From Candidatus Levyibacteriota bacterium (GTDB lineage: Bacteria > Patescibacteriota > Microgenomatia > Levybacterales > UBA12049), in NCBI GenBank assembly GCA_016214555.1, contig JACROF010000003.1:64930-128929 (forward strand): a stretch of DNA of 64,000 bases, read 5' to 3'. This document shows positions 20,605 to 29,952 of the stretch, piece by piece. A program made the translations under genes and the position numbers. The notes below the pieces were generated by a model. It saw only the letters and a list, made by a program, of their open reading frames with translations. It ran no database searches and had not been told where the DNA came from. Position 1 is the first letter of the stretch, and each line of letters begins with the position of its first letter.

Positions 20605-20997
20605 ATGTTACTCGAACCAATTATTTCTCTACCGCTTGCGCTTATTGCTCCGTTTGTTCTCTGGCCAATTGAGTTATTACTTCCTTATCCATTTATTCTT
20701 GAAGAGATAGCAAAAACCCTGATCATCATCCCTCTCCTCTCAAGTCACAAAAACAAAGTATTGCTCTATGGGGTTGGAATAGGGATTCTCTTTACACTCT
20801 CTGAAACGATTCTATATGCTCTCAATACAGTCTATGGATCTTCCCACTACCTAGCAACACGACTCCTTGCAACGGGTGCGCTTCACGTCACGACAACACT
20901 AATTATTCTTTCATCAGGATTTTATAAAAAAAGATACCTACTTGCAGGCCTAATGGGAGCAATCATTGTGCATTATCTCTACAATAGTTTTATATAA
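20605..20997 (+). CDS. Small PrsW-family intramembrane glutamic protease
   Basis: EEIAK, G..FTLSE, LH and HYLYN motifs in a 4-5 TM protein. Confidence 0.7.
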   Translation: MLLEPIISLPLALIAPFVLWPIELLLPYPFILEEIAKTLIIIPLLSSHKNKVLLYGVGIGILFTLSETILYALNTVYGSSHYLATRLLATGALHVTTTLIILSSGFYKKRYLLAGLMGAIIVHYLYNSFI

Positions 20998-21009
20998 AGA
21001 AGCTACCTG

Positions 21010-23955
21010 CTACTCAGTTGAGGAAGGGTCATTCTCTTTTACGTACTCTGCTGATACCCATCCAGTTCCATCTTTAAATTCTACCTCATACCATCCTTCT
21101 TTTTTCCCAACAACAGGAAGGATGTCGTGGGGCATAACTCTTGCGATCTCCGACCCTCCAGGGCCACTACGAACGCGTAAAAAGCCAACGGAGGTCTCCA
21201 ACACCTCTACAGATACCTGCTCTAGACTTTCGTCTTCTGGTGACTGAAGGACACCATCTGGAACCCAACCTATAACCTCTGCGGATGCCTCTTCAAGATC
21301 AATAAGCTTAACCTGAATCCAATCGCCTTTTTTTGCAACAATTGACCCTTTGACAGGCTCATAGATGGTATACACGGGAACACTTCCCTCGGATGGCTCC
21401 ATCATAAGTGCCACTGTGTCTGTCTCTGATCCAACAATTGTTATCGCATCATCGCCAGAGCCTACTTGCTCATCTTTTTCTGAAAGAACCTGAGCTATCT
21501 GAGGCGACTTATGGGTAGTTGCAGTACTATCTCCTTTGCGGGCGGTAATGCTAAATACGATGGCTGATGAAATGCCTGCCGTCAAAAGACTACTGACCAC
21601 AACAGCTACTCCCCACCTAACTTGTCTTCTTTTATGGAAAGGCAAAACGCTTTTGATGTCTTCTTTCAAATTTTGCTTTAAAACATCTTGCTGTTTTTTT
21701 CCAGATTGTTTTTGTTTGGCATCTTGCACGCGAAGAATCCGCATATAAAGAACCAAGAATACAAATCCTGTAACCATGATGATAATAAGTCCCCAAACAG
21801 CGATCGCCTGTGCGCCTCCCACAAATCCAACAAGAGACCCAGATGAACTTACCTGCGTCACAAGCTCTTTTAATTTCTCCATTTTTACCTTGACACCTTC
21901 AAGCTCAATTTTTGCCTCACGATATGCGCGTATTCTCCCCTCAGGAGTCACTGCAGCTTTTTGTTTTTGAATAATTTTATCAAGAGCGACATTAATATCG
22001 CTTGTCAGCGTGACGCCTTGTGCAAAAAATGAGGTGTTCTTTAATGGCTCTGAAAGCTCCTCAGCCTGAGTCTTTAGTGACTCAATTTCATCACTTGCAA
22101 TCGAAAATATACTCTCATCAACTGTTATAGATATTGTCTTAGTTTCCTCTGGATCAAGGCTAAATTCTGCGCTTACAAAGTATTGATCCTTCTCAGAGTC
22201 ATATTCAACAGACAACCCAGCATCAACCTCCAAAATACTCTCTTTCGTCACCTCAGGCGGAAGATAATACTTCAAAGGAACTGTTTGAGAGACAAGTGAG
22301 GATGGATTGGTCACAAGTGACTTAAATACAATACTTCCCTCCTCAAGCCACATATTCACCAAAGGCTTCTTTGTACCACTTGCTAACAATTTCTTATTAG
22401 ATGCTATAACACCTTTCATTCCAAGCACTTTGTTCTTTAGCTGCTTGTCAGTCTCAAGCCCTTTGGGGTCAATCGCAAGCGCGATCATCGCTTGAGGAAT
22501 AGTGTTTCTTTTACTAATGCTCTCATAGAGTCCAGAGGCACTTTGTCTAATGTATGGTTTTTTGTAGGCTTTCCAGTTTGCCAAGAGCCTATCAGCTTTA
22601 GTGTTATCTTTGTCAAAAGAGCTAGAAAGATTCGTAAGATACGCAATCGTCCCCATAAAAGTCTTTGCGGTTTGCTGATCTTCTGTGCTCCCAATATCAT
22701 CAGAGATGCCACTCAAAATTGTTTTTAATTTAACAACATCGACATAACCAGACTGAGATTTGCCATATGTACGTAGGTCGCTTCTCATACTCTCAAATCT
22801 CATTTTTAACGCCAATGATTGATCATATAACGCATCAACTTCCTGCATATCCCACAAATCATGAAGCTGTTTGAGACTGCCTATAAAGGATTTTTTAGAG
22901 GATGCTCCCTCATTGCCAATTGTTTTTGCTATATCATCAAATGCAGCAAGTACTTCTTTTGATGAAGCTTTTGTCCACTGCTTACTCAAGAGGGTAAGTT
23001 TTTTATCAAGCGATTGAGATGAGCTAAGAAGACTTGACGACAATATCTTGGTCTGCTGAAGCTTAACTCCCAAATCGACTGAGTCTTCCTCAAGATAATT
23101 TTGAATAATCGGTTTGTTAACAAGCTTTTCTAAAAGAAGCCTGCTGTCAAGAGTTCTCTTTTCAACGTTTTCTAACGTCTGAGTGTTAAGAGTTGTCGAG
23201 CTTGACACGGTCGCAACGATGGTACTTACCTCAGTTTTGACCTTTGAGACATCGCTCTTTACTGAGTCAACATCTTCTTTTGTCGCAATTGAACCTGATG
23301 TCAACCCTGAGCCTGTAAGTGTTCTCGTCGCATACCCCCAGACATCAGATGCAATTGAGCTAGCGCCTGTAATAGTACGAGTTGAATAATCCCATATATC
23401 TGCAACAAGCGTTCCAAAACTGGTTAACGTTCTCCCAGAATACCCCCAAACAGCTGAAGCAATATCACTTGTTGAAGGAACAATATTTTGTAAAGCCTGA
23501 CCAAATGTCCCAGATGTAGTATATGAGGATCGATTTGCGTTCCATACCGCACTCGCAACATCTGAGCCACTAAGCGAGGCAGATGAGGTCGCGACTACTT
23601 CAAAAGATTTATCAAGACACATATACTCTCCGCTTGCAGTACAACAAATACTTGATCGATAAAGCCCTGCAGCCCCAGTTGCAACAATGTCATAGGAGTA
23701 CCAACCGTCCGCTGAGGAAGCCATAGGCTGTGAGTTAACAAAAACTGTTCCGTTAGGATACTTACTCGTTATGCTACAGGAAGCATTTGATATCGGAAGA
23801 TAGGTATCATCATACAAAAATTCTCCTACTTCACAAGTCTGACCTATCTCACAACTTTGTGGCCCAGCAGGAATAGCATAGGCATGCCCGACCGTTAAAA
23901 AAAACAGAAGTAAAAAAACGGGTAATATTTTTTTATATGACTGCAGTCTTTTCAT
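21010..23955 (-). CDS. 981-aa secreted, membrane-anchored protein: (A/D)VW repeats, coiled coil, two TMs, C-terminal SH3b-like domains
   Basis: Signal peptide ending GHAYA. Repeats DVASAVW, DIASAVWGYSGRTLT and DVWGYATRTLT. TMs near aa 720 and 790. LRVRSGPG...GWYEV...GWVSAEYV at the C-terminus. Confidence 0.8.
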   Translation of the reverse strand: MKRLQSYKKILPVFLLLFFLTVGHAYAIPAGPQSCEIGQTCEVGEFLYDDTYLPISNASCSITSKYPNGTVFVNSQPMASSADGWYSYDIVATGAAGLYRSSICCTASGEYMCLDKSFEVVATSSASLSGSDVASAVWNANRSSYTTSGTFGQALQNIVPSTSDIASAVWGYSGRTLTSFGTLVADIWDYSTRTITGASSIASDVWGYATRTLTGSGLTSGSIATKEDVDSVKSDVSKVKTEVSTIVATVSSSTTLNTQTLENVEKRTLDSRLLLEKLVNKPIIQNYLEEDSVDLGVKLQQTKILSSSLLSSSQSLDKKLTLLSKQWTKASSKEVLAAFDDIAKTIGNEGASSKKSFIGSLKQLHDLWDMQEVDALYDQSLALKMRFESMRSDLRTYGKSQSGYVDVVKLKTILSGISDDIGSTEDQQTAKTFMGTIAYLTNLSSSFDKDNTKADRLLANWKAYKKPYIRQSASGLYESISKRNTIPQAMIALAIDPKGLETDKQLKNKVLGMKGVIASNKKLLASGTKKPLVNMWLEEGSIVFKSLVTNPSSLVSQTVPLKYYLPPEVTKESILEVDAGLSVEYDSEKDQYFVSAEFSLDPEETKTISITVDESIFSIASDEIESLKTQAEELSEPLKNTSFFAQGVTLTSDINVALDKIIQKQKAAVTPEGRIRAYREAKIELEGVKVKMEKLKELVTQVSSSGSLVGFVGGAQAIAVWGLIIIMVTGFVFLVLYMRILRVQDAKQKQSGKKQQDVLKQNLKEDIKSVLPFHKRRQVRWGVAVVVSSLLTAGISSAIVFSITARKGDSTATTHKSPQIAQVLSEKDEQVGSGDDAITIVGSETDTVALMMEPSEGSVPVYTIYEPVKGSIVAKKGDWIQVKLIDLEEASAEVIGWVPDGVLQSPEDESLEQVSVEVLETSVGFLRVRSGPGGSEIARVMPHDILPVVGKKEGWYEVEFKDGTGWVSAEYVKENDPSSTE

Positions 23956-24139
23956 AATTTACAACAACCCCTCAAAGGGCTTTCTCTACATCTATTAAAT
24001 AGCGGAAGATTGGGTGAGGTCAACTTTTCACATAAAATGTATACAATTACATACTTATATATAAAAATAAATATGCTATATTTTTCGTTCGTAATTTGCC
24101 TCGTGAAAAGTACTGAGTATTTCTGTCAATGAAAAAATG

Positions 24140-24168
24140 AAAAAAGACCCCAAAACGGAGTCTTTTTT
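24140..24168. terminator. Intrinsic terminator (bidirectional-looking)
   Basis: aaaaaagacccc-aaaa-cggagtcttttttt. Confidence 0.6.
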
Positions 24169-24550
24169 CTACCAGATCAGTCCAAGGGAAAGCTTTTTTG
24201 ACGATCCCTTTTTAATTTAACTGGGACATCTGCAGCAGTGCAAATACTGCGCGCAAATTCCTCAGTGTCTTTTCAACTCTTTTATGAACTGACTTTTTTA
24301 GATCATGACTAATAACTACTAACATAATGTAAAGATGAGAGGTATAGCTCCTCTCATAAAATAACCAGACCATGGGTGCCTGAAGTCCAACAGGCTGAAA
24401 ATGTCAGACTTCAGGTCCCCCACAAAAAGTAAGGTAATTATTGAGTAGACTACATAGCAAGAAGACAAACCACCAAGAGCAAGAAGAGTCTTGCTATGTT
24501 AATTAACTTTCAAACAATTACTACAAAACTTGTTTGACTTAGTTAATTGC
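24140..24550 (-). ncRNA. Putative structured non-coding RNA (unassigned)
   Basis: About 400 nt with no listed ORF, at least 4 consecutive hairpins, ending in a terminator. No recognisable family signature. Confidence 0.3.
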
Positions 24551-24678
24551 TCTACGTTAGCATAGTTAAAATTATTTCTTCACAAAGGTCAAATTTTTCA
24601 CAACAATGTATATCTATGCTGATAAATACATAATTTTGCATATTGATTTTTCCTATTTTTACTGCTTCTATAAATACA

Positions 24679-24963
24679 GTGGATAATTTATTTAATGTAA
24701 ATCAGGCGGCATTTATTCTTAAGGTACATCCCCTTACTATTAGGAGATATATAAAAGAAGGTAGACTAAAAGCTCTTAAAGTAGGAGGAGCAATCCGAAT
24801 TAAAGAGAAAGACCTTCATGAGTTTAACAAAGACTACACTCCCAACTCCCGCTCTGTCGATACAGGAGTTAAAACAAAAATTAATCCAGCAAAATCATTC
24901 ACCATGGAGGATCCTTTCTTAAGACTCAACGGAAGAGGCGCAAGTATCAAGCTCAGTAGCTAA
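24679..24963 (+). CDS. Excisionase-like (HTH_17) DNA-binding protein
   Basis: FNVNQAAFILKVHPLTIRRYIKEGRLKALKVGGAIRI; GTG 24679 preferred as start. Confidence 0.85.
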   Translation: MDNLFNVNQAAFILKVHPLTIRRYIKEGRLKALKVGGAIRIKEKDLHEFNKDYTPNSRSVDTGVKTKINPAKSFTMEDPFLRLNGRGASIKLSS

Positions 24964-24970
24964 AAAAACT

Positions 24971-25396
24971 ATGGCAATTCTAAGTAAAAAAGTATATCTT
25001 GACTCTTCTGTATTTGTCGCGTTTATCGATAGGGCTCATATTAAATATGATCAAGCAACAGCATACTTTCGATACTTTGCCCTTGAAGAGTATCAGCTTT
25101 TCTCTGATCCATACACTCTTATCGATGCCTATAATAGACTCTATAATGATATTAGTCCAAGTCTAGCGAAAGATTTTATGAGGGTCATGGCACTAAGCAA
25201 CATCACCATGGTGTATCCAGAAGAATCAGACGTTAAAAATGCTCTTAAGGCAATCGTCAATTTTAAAACAACTGATCTCACCTATCCCAAGGCGCTCTTG
25301 TCAGTTTTGGCAAATAGACGAGGAGTTCCACAAATTTGCTCTTTTGACTACATGCCAGCTCTCTTTGGTCTATCGATGTTCTATCTTCCAATCTGA
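24971..25396 (+). CDS. PIN-domain (VapC-like) protein
   Basis: VYLDSSVFVA...H, ending ICSFD. Confidence 0.75.
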   Translation: MAILSKKVYLDSSVFVAFIDRAHIKYDQATAYFRYFALEEYQLFSDPYTLIDAYNRLYNDISPSLAKDFMRVMALSNITMVYPEESDVKNALKAIVNFKTTDLTYPKALLSVLANRRGVPQICSFDYMPALFGLSMFYLPI

Positions 25397-25503
25397 ATAT
25401 GATTTAATATAAACTATAGCATCAAAAGATAAACTACCAAATCACATTTAACCTAGTTCGATCTACTTTACAGCCCTCCAAGATTGATATACAATCCGTC
25501 CAC

Positions 25504-26781
25504 ATGAACAAAATAATTGATAATAAGAGAGTAAAATTGAATAGAATCTGCATGATAAATCCACAAGGATTTGTTGAGTATCCTGCTCCCCTTGGTCGAT
25601 CAGACACGGGAGGGCAGATACTCTATGTCATTGAACTTGCCAAAGCAATTGCCACCAAGGGAATTAAGGTAGACATCATCACAAGACAATTTGATGATCA
25701 TCCAGAAGAAGAAAAAATCAATGATTTTGTAAAAATTGTGAGAATCCCTTGCGGCCCTAAAGGATTTGTAGCTAAAGAAAAACTCTATGAGAGTATGCCC
25801 GAGTTTGCTGAGAATTTTATGGCGTATATCGAAAAGACGAGAAAGACCTATGACCTTATTCACTCTCACTACTGGGATGGCGGCTATGCTGGCAATATCC
25901 TTAAAAAACTCCTTGATATTCCTCACATCCATACACCTCATACTCTTGGAAAGATGAAAAAGATAGAGATGGCAGCTGAGGAGACTCATCCAACAAAACT
26001 AAAACCGATCTATCGTTATCATCTACGCATAGCAATCGAGCAAAAAATTATGACACAAGCCGATGCTGTCTTGGTTCTCTGTGAGACAACTCGAATCCAG
26101 ATACTCCAACACTATATTGTAGACTTTGAAAAAATTCATGTCATTTTTCCTGGAGTTGATACCAGCATCTTCACAACGACTAAAAATGCTTTTGATAAAC
26201 AAATAAAGCTTGAAAAAAATGCTATCCTCACAGTTAGTAGGCTTGTACCCGCAAAAGGTTTAGATCGAGTCGTGGAATCACTTTCCCAGATCAAAAATAA
26301 AGTCCCCTTCCATCTTTATATCGCAGGTGGAGAGTCAAATACGATGTCTGATGAGGAAAAACAAACAGAAGAACAGCTCAACACTCTAATAAAAAAATTT
26401 AAGCTTGAAAAGAAAGTTACGAGACTTGGAAAAATTGACCACACAACTACTCTCCCGGCATACTACAGAGCGGCAAGTGCATTTATCCTTGGCGCTCGTT
26501 ATGAACCCTTTGGCTTGACCACTCTTGAGGCTATGGCCTGCGGAGCAGCTCCTATCATCTCAAGTGTCGCGGGAAGTCGAGAGGTAATTATAGACGGCCT
26601 CAATGGTTTTATCGTTAATATGCACGACAGAACAAGCCTCTCTGAGGCTATTGTCAAGCTCATCTCAGATGATAAATTGAGAAAAAAAGTAGCAGAGAAT
26701 GCAGCATTTACCACCAAAGAGCATTCTGATTGGGATAAGGTTGTTGAAAAAATGATCTCACTATACCTCAATCTGCTATGA
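25504..26781 (+). CDS. GT4 sucrose-phosphate/mannosylfructose-phosphate synthase-like glycosyltransferase
   Basis: LGRSDTGGQ..YV.ELA, VDIITRQF, IHSHYWDGG, HTPHTLG and EPFGLTTLEAMACG. Confidence 0.8.
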   Translation: MNKIIDNKRVKLNRICMINPQGFVEYPAPLGRSDTGGQILYVIELAKAIATKGIKVDIITRQFDDHPEEEKINDFVKIVRIPCGPKGFVAKEKLYESMPEFAENFMAYIEKTRKTYDLIHSHYWDGGYAGNILKKLLDIPHIHTPHTLGKMKKIEMAAEETHPTKLKPIYRYHLRIAIEQKIMTQADAVLVLCETTRIQILQHYIVDFEKIHVIFPGVDTSIFTTTKNAFDKQIKLEKNAILTVSRLVPAKGLDRVVESLSQIKNKVPFHLYIAGGESNTMSDEEKQTEEQLNTLIKKFKLEKKVTRLGKIDHTTTLPAYYRAASAFILGARYEPFGLTTLEAMACGAAPIISSVAGSREVIIDGLNGFIVNMHDRTSLSEAIVKLISDDKLRKKVAENAAFTTKEHSDWDKVVEKMISLYLNLL

Positions 26782-26790
26782 TAGAGTGGT

Positions 26791-27912
26791 ATGAAGATTG
26801 CCCTCATCGCTCCGGTTGAAGAAACAGTTCCCCCTCAGAAATATGGTGGTATCGAATGGATTGTTTATGAGTTGGCCTCAGGGTTGAGTAAAAAAGGCCA
26901 CGAAGTTGATCTCTACGCAAGCGCAGACTCCCACAGAAGCTCTGACTATCATGTAATTCCTATTACTCCCAAAAGCTTAAGGCAACATGACACCTTCTCC
27001 TCAGACTTAACACTTCGTGAAGGGGCAAAATGGCTGGCAATTGCTAAAGCCATCGAAGAAGTAGGTAAAAAAAACTATGACATTATCCATAACCATGTGG
27101 GCTGGAGACTCCTTACCTTTTCAAACACGCTAACACCTCCTCTTTTAACCACCCTTCATGGACCTCTCACTATCCCTAAAGAAAATTTTATTTTTTCCCA
27201 GAAAGCACACTTACCATATATATCTATATCAAACAATCAAAGAAGAGATCTTCCAGAACTATCCTATCTTAAAACTATTTATAACGCAGTAGATACCACT
27301 CTCTTCCCCTTCAAAGAATCACCTGATAAAACCTCTCTTCTCTTCTTTGCCCGAATGAGTCCTGAGAAAGGGGTTATAGAAGCAGTTAAGTCGGCAATTC
27401 ATGTTAAGAAAGAATTACTTGTTGCTTCAAAAGTTGACGAGGTTAATAAGGGGTACTATGAGGAGTTTAAAAAAATATCACAAGACAATCCACTTGTTAC
27501 TGACATTGGAGAAATAAAAGTTGCCGACAGACAGGCATATTTTCAAAACTCCAAAGCGCTTCTTGCTCCCATCGCTTGGGAAGAACCTTTTGGACTTATG
27601 TTTATTGAGGCTATGTCTTCAGGAACACCCGTTATCGCCTATGCACGAGGCGCAGCACCTGAGATCATCAAGGACGGTGAGACAGGATACTTGGTAAATT
27701 TCTCAGATCAGGACAAAAGAGGTGATTTTGTTATTAAAAAATCTGGCTTTGAGGGACTTTGCGAGGCTATCGAAAAACTCTATGGTCTTTCAGAAAGTGA
27801 ATATAAACAGATGAGAAAACAAGCAAGAAAGCATGTTGAGGAAAACTTCTCAGCAGGACTGATGGTTGATAACTATGAAAAAGCCTATCAGGAACTACTA
27901 AAAAAACACTAA
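26791..27912 (+). CDS. GT4 glycosyltransferase
   Basis: VPP..YGGIE, TTLHG, EKG and WEEPFGL..IEAM..GTPVI. Confidence 0.9.
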   Translation: MKIALIAPVEETVPPQKYGGIEWIVYELASGLSKKGHEVDLYASADSHRSSDYHVIPITPKSLRQHDTFSSDLTLREGAKWLAIAKAIEEVGKKNYDIIHNHVGWRLLTFSNTLTPPLLTTLHGPLTIPKENFIFSQKAHLPYISISNNQRRDLPELSYLKTIYNAVDTTLFPFKESPDKTSLLFFARMSPEKGVIEAVKSAIHVKKELLVASKVDEVNKGYYEEFKKISQDNPLVTDIGEIKVADRQAYFQNSKALLAPIAWEEPFGLMFIEAMSSGTPVIAYARGAAPEIIKDGETGYLVNFSDQDKRGDFVIKKSGFEGLCEAIEKLYGLSESEYKQMRKQARKHVEENFSAGLMVDNYEKAYQELLKKH

Positions 27913-27915
27913 GCT

Positions 27916-28938
27916 TCACTTACCAAATCGTCTTTGCGCTCTTCTTAAAATTTCAGCAGCATGTATAATACTTTCAGGTCCCACTCTTTCTGAAGCCTCT
28001 TGGTAGTAAAGCTTATCCCCAACCCTCCTGAAGCTCCCCTTACCGCTACCACTACCCGCCTCCTCTGAGATTGCTGCTACAGCTTCATCCCTTGCTCCGC
28101 CTACCAAAATAGAGACATCTCCACTACCTTCCAGCATTTCAGTATCATTTCCGCTGTCACCTGCAACAACTGCAATATCAATATCTAAAGATGATTTAAG
28201 ATAATTTACTGCATCAGATTTTGTAACAGGAAGAACGTCAACGCAATACTTTTTTGCTTCCCCAGGCTGAATTTTGCTGTTATGTCCAATCTCTTCACAA
28301 ATTACCACTTTTTGACCTGAGAATTGATCCCTTATCGATGAGACTAGCCCATCATAGGCATCCTGACTTGAAAGGAAATAAAAACTAGTTTTATAAGGCT
28401 GTACCTGTCTACCTTGACCTAACAAAAGAGCCTCCTCCTGTTCAGGCTGTTGAAAAACAAAACCAGAAGCAGGACTCGTTACGCTCATTTCTTCTATTAA
28501 TGCTGCTCCTAAGGCTGCAATGGCTTTTCTATCATATCCATGTGAGGCTACTTCTTGAGCAAAAGCATTGTCTTGCAGATACCGTCTATCTGTACCATCG
28601 CCGTTAAGAACCCATATCTCAGTTCCTACACAAGACGCTATAGCGCTAAAATAAGGCAACTCTCCCGATGCAATTCGAGCCTGAACATCCGCAAGACCAT
28701 TACCTGTAACAGCAACAACCGGAAAATTACCCTCTAGGGCAGAATTCCACAATTTGCTTGATGCATCATTTTTACCGTCTGCTACAAAAGTATTATCGAT
28801 ATCTGTAAAAAGGGCTGTAAAAGCTCTTCCCTCCTCTAGTTGCTTCTTCTTCATCCCTTCAATAACTGAGCCTTTATATACGGGATTTTCAACCTCTTTG
28901 TGAGCAGCAAGACCAATCTCAGAATTACTTTCTGTCAT
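27916..28938 (-). CDS. HAD phosphatase, sucrose-phosphatase (S6PP)-like
   Basis: TDIDNTF, VTG, VGTEI, K.SFY, DVLP..K..AV.YL and GDSGND. Confidence 0.8.
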   Translation of the reverse strand: MTESNSEIGLAAHKEVENPVYKGSVIEGMKKKQLEEGRAFTALFTDIDNTFVADGKNDASSKLWNSALEGNFPVVAVTGNGLADVQARIASGELPYFSAIASCVGTEIWVLNGDGTDRRYLQDNAFAQEVASHGYDRKAIAALGAALIEEMSVTSPASGFVFQQPEQEEALLLGQGRQVQPYKTSFYFLSSQDAYDGLVSSIRDQFSGQKVVICEEIGHNSKIQPGEAKKYCVDVLPVTKSDAVNYLKSSLDIDIAVVAGDSGNDTEMLEGSGDVSILVGGARDEAVAAISEEAGSGSGKGSFRRVGDKLYYQEASERVGPESIIHAAEILRRAQRRFGK

Positions 28939-29725
28939 ACATGAAATATTCTTTGATGAATAATCCGATAAATGTTATAAGTGCGAGTTGCCTTCTCCAT
29001 CTCCAGGGCTGACGGATAAGACGAAAAAGCCATTCAAGACCTACTGAGCGGATAAAAAACGGCGCTCTGATAATATCTCCACTGATATAGTCAAACGCGC
29101 CCCCAACTCCCATTGCCAATCGAACAGGTAGCTTTTCAAGGTTTTTCATAATCCATTCCTCTTGCTTCGGAACACCAAAAGCTACAAAAAGCATATCTAT
29201 GTTAGAATTTCGTATTATGTGTTTAGTATTATGAATCCTTTCTTCTTTATACTTTATACTAGATACTTGATACTTAACCGCGCGAGCAAACCCCTCCTCG
29301 CTCCACTCCTGTGCAACGAAAACTATATTCAGTCCCGGATACTTTTCACGTAAGCACTTAGCTGCTCTTTCTGCTACTCCATCTCTTCCTCCTAGTAATC
29401 CTATGGACAAGCCATTTTTAATAGACTTTTCACACAAACTTTTCATAAAATCTACACCACTTATCCTCTCTTTGACCCCCACCCCCAGCAATCTACCTGC
29501 AATGAAGAGTCCGACACCATCACACAAGGCTATTTCTGCCCTATTAAGGGTTGTTTGGTATTGTCTGTTAGACGAAGCATACACTACCATTTCGGGGTTG
29601 GGGGTCACTATAAAGAGCTTTTCTTTGGAGTTTTTGAGTATGCTATCAATATACTCTAAGATTTCATTTGAAGATGAGGTTGTTATGTCGATACCAAGAA
29701 TATTCTTTTTCACAAGCTTTTTCAT
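28925..29725 (-). CDS. WecB/TagA/CpsF (GT26) glycosyltransferase
   Basis: TPNPE, DGVG, R.SG.D, G.PKQE, GVGGAFD and GLEWL.RL...P.R. Confidence 0.92.
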   Translation of the reverse strand: MKKLVKKNILGIDITTSSSNEILEYIDSILKNSKEKLFIVTPNPEMVVYASSNRQYQTTLNRAEIALCDGVGLFIAGRLLGVGVKERISGVDFMKSLCEKSIKNGLSIGLLGGRDGVAERAAKCLREKYPGLNIVFVAQEWSEEGFARAVKYQVSSIKYKEERIHNTKHIIRNSNIDMLFVAFGVPKQEEWIMKNLEKLPVRLAMGVGGAFDYISGDIIRAPFFIRSVGLEWLFRLIRQPWRWRRQLALITFIGLFIKEYFMYDRK

Positions 29726-29952
29726 AAGTCTTATTTAGAAAAAATAGAAATAGATAGACGTATCTTTATAATAATAAGTTGTTTAACTTTAGTACTCAAA
29801 ATATAAGTATAAATAAAAATACTTAATCGTGATATTTTATTTAATAAAAAGTATTATAGTATAAATATTTGCTACTATCGAATTTAGAGCACTTTTACTA
29901 CCGCCTATACTCTTCTTGTGAAAACTGCTCTAATAAGTATTTACTTATAAGA

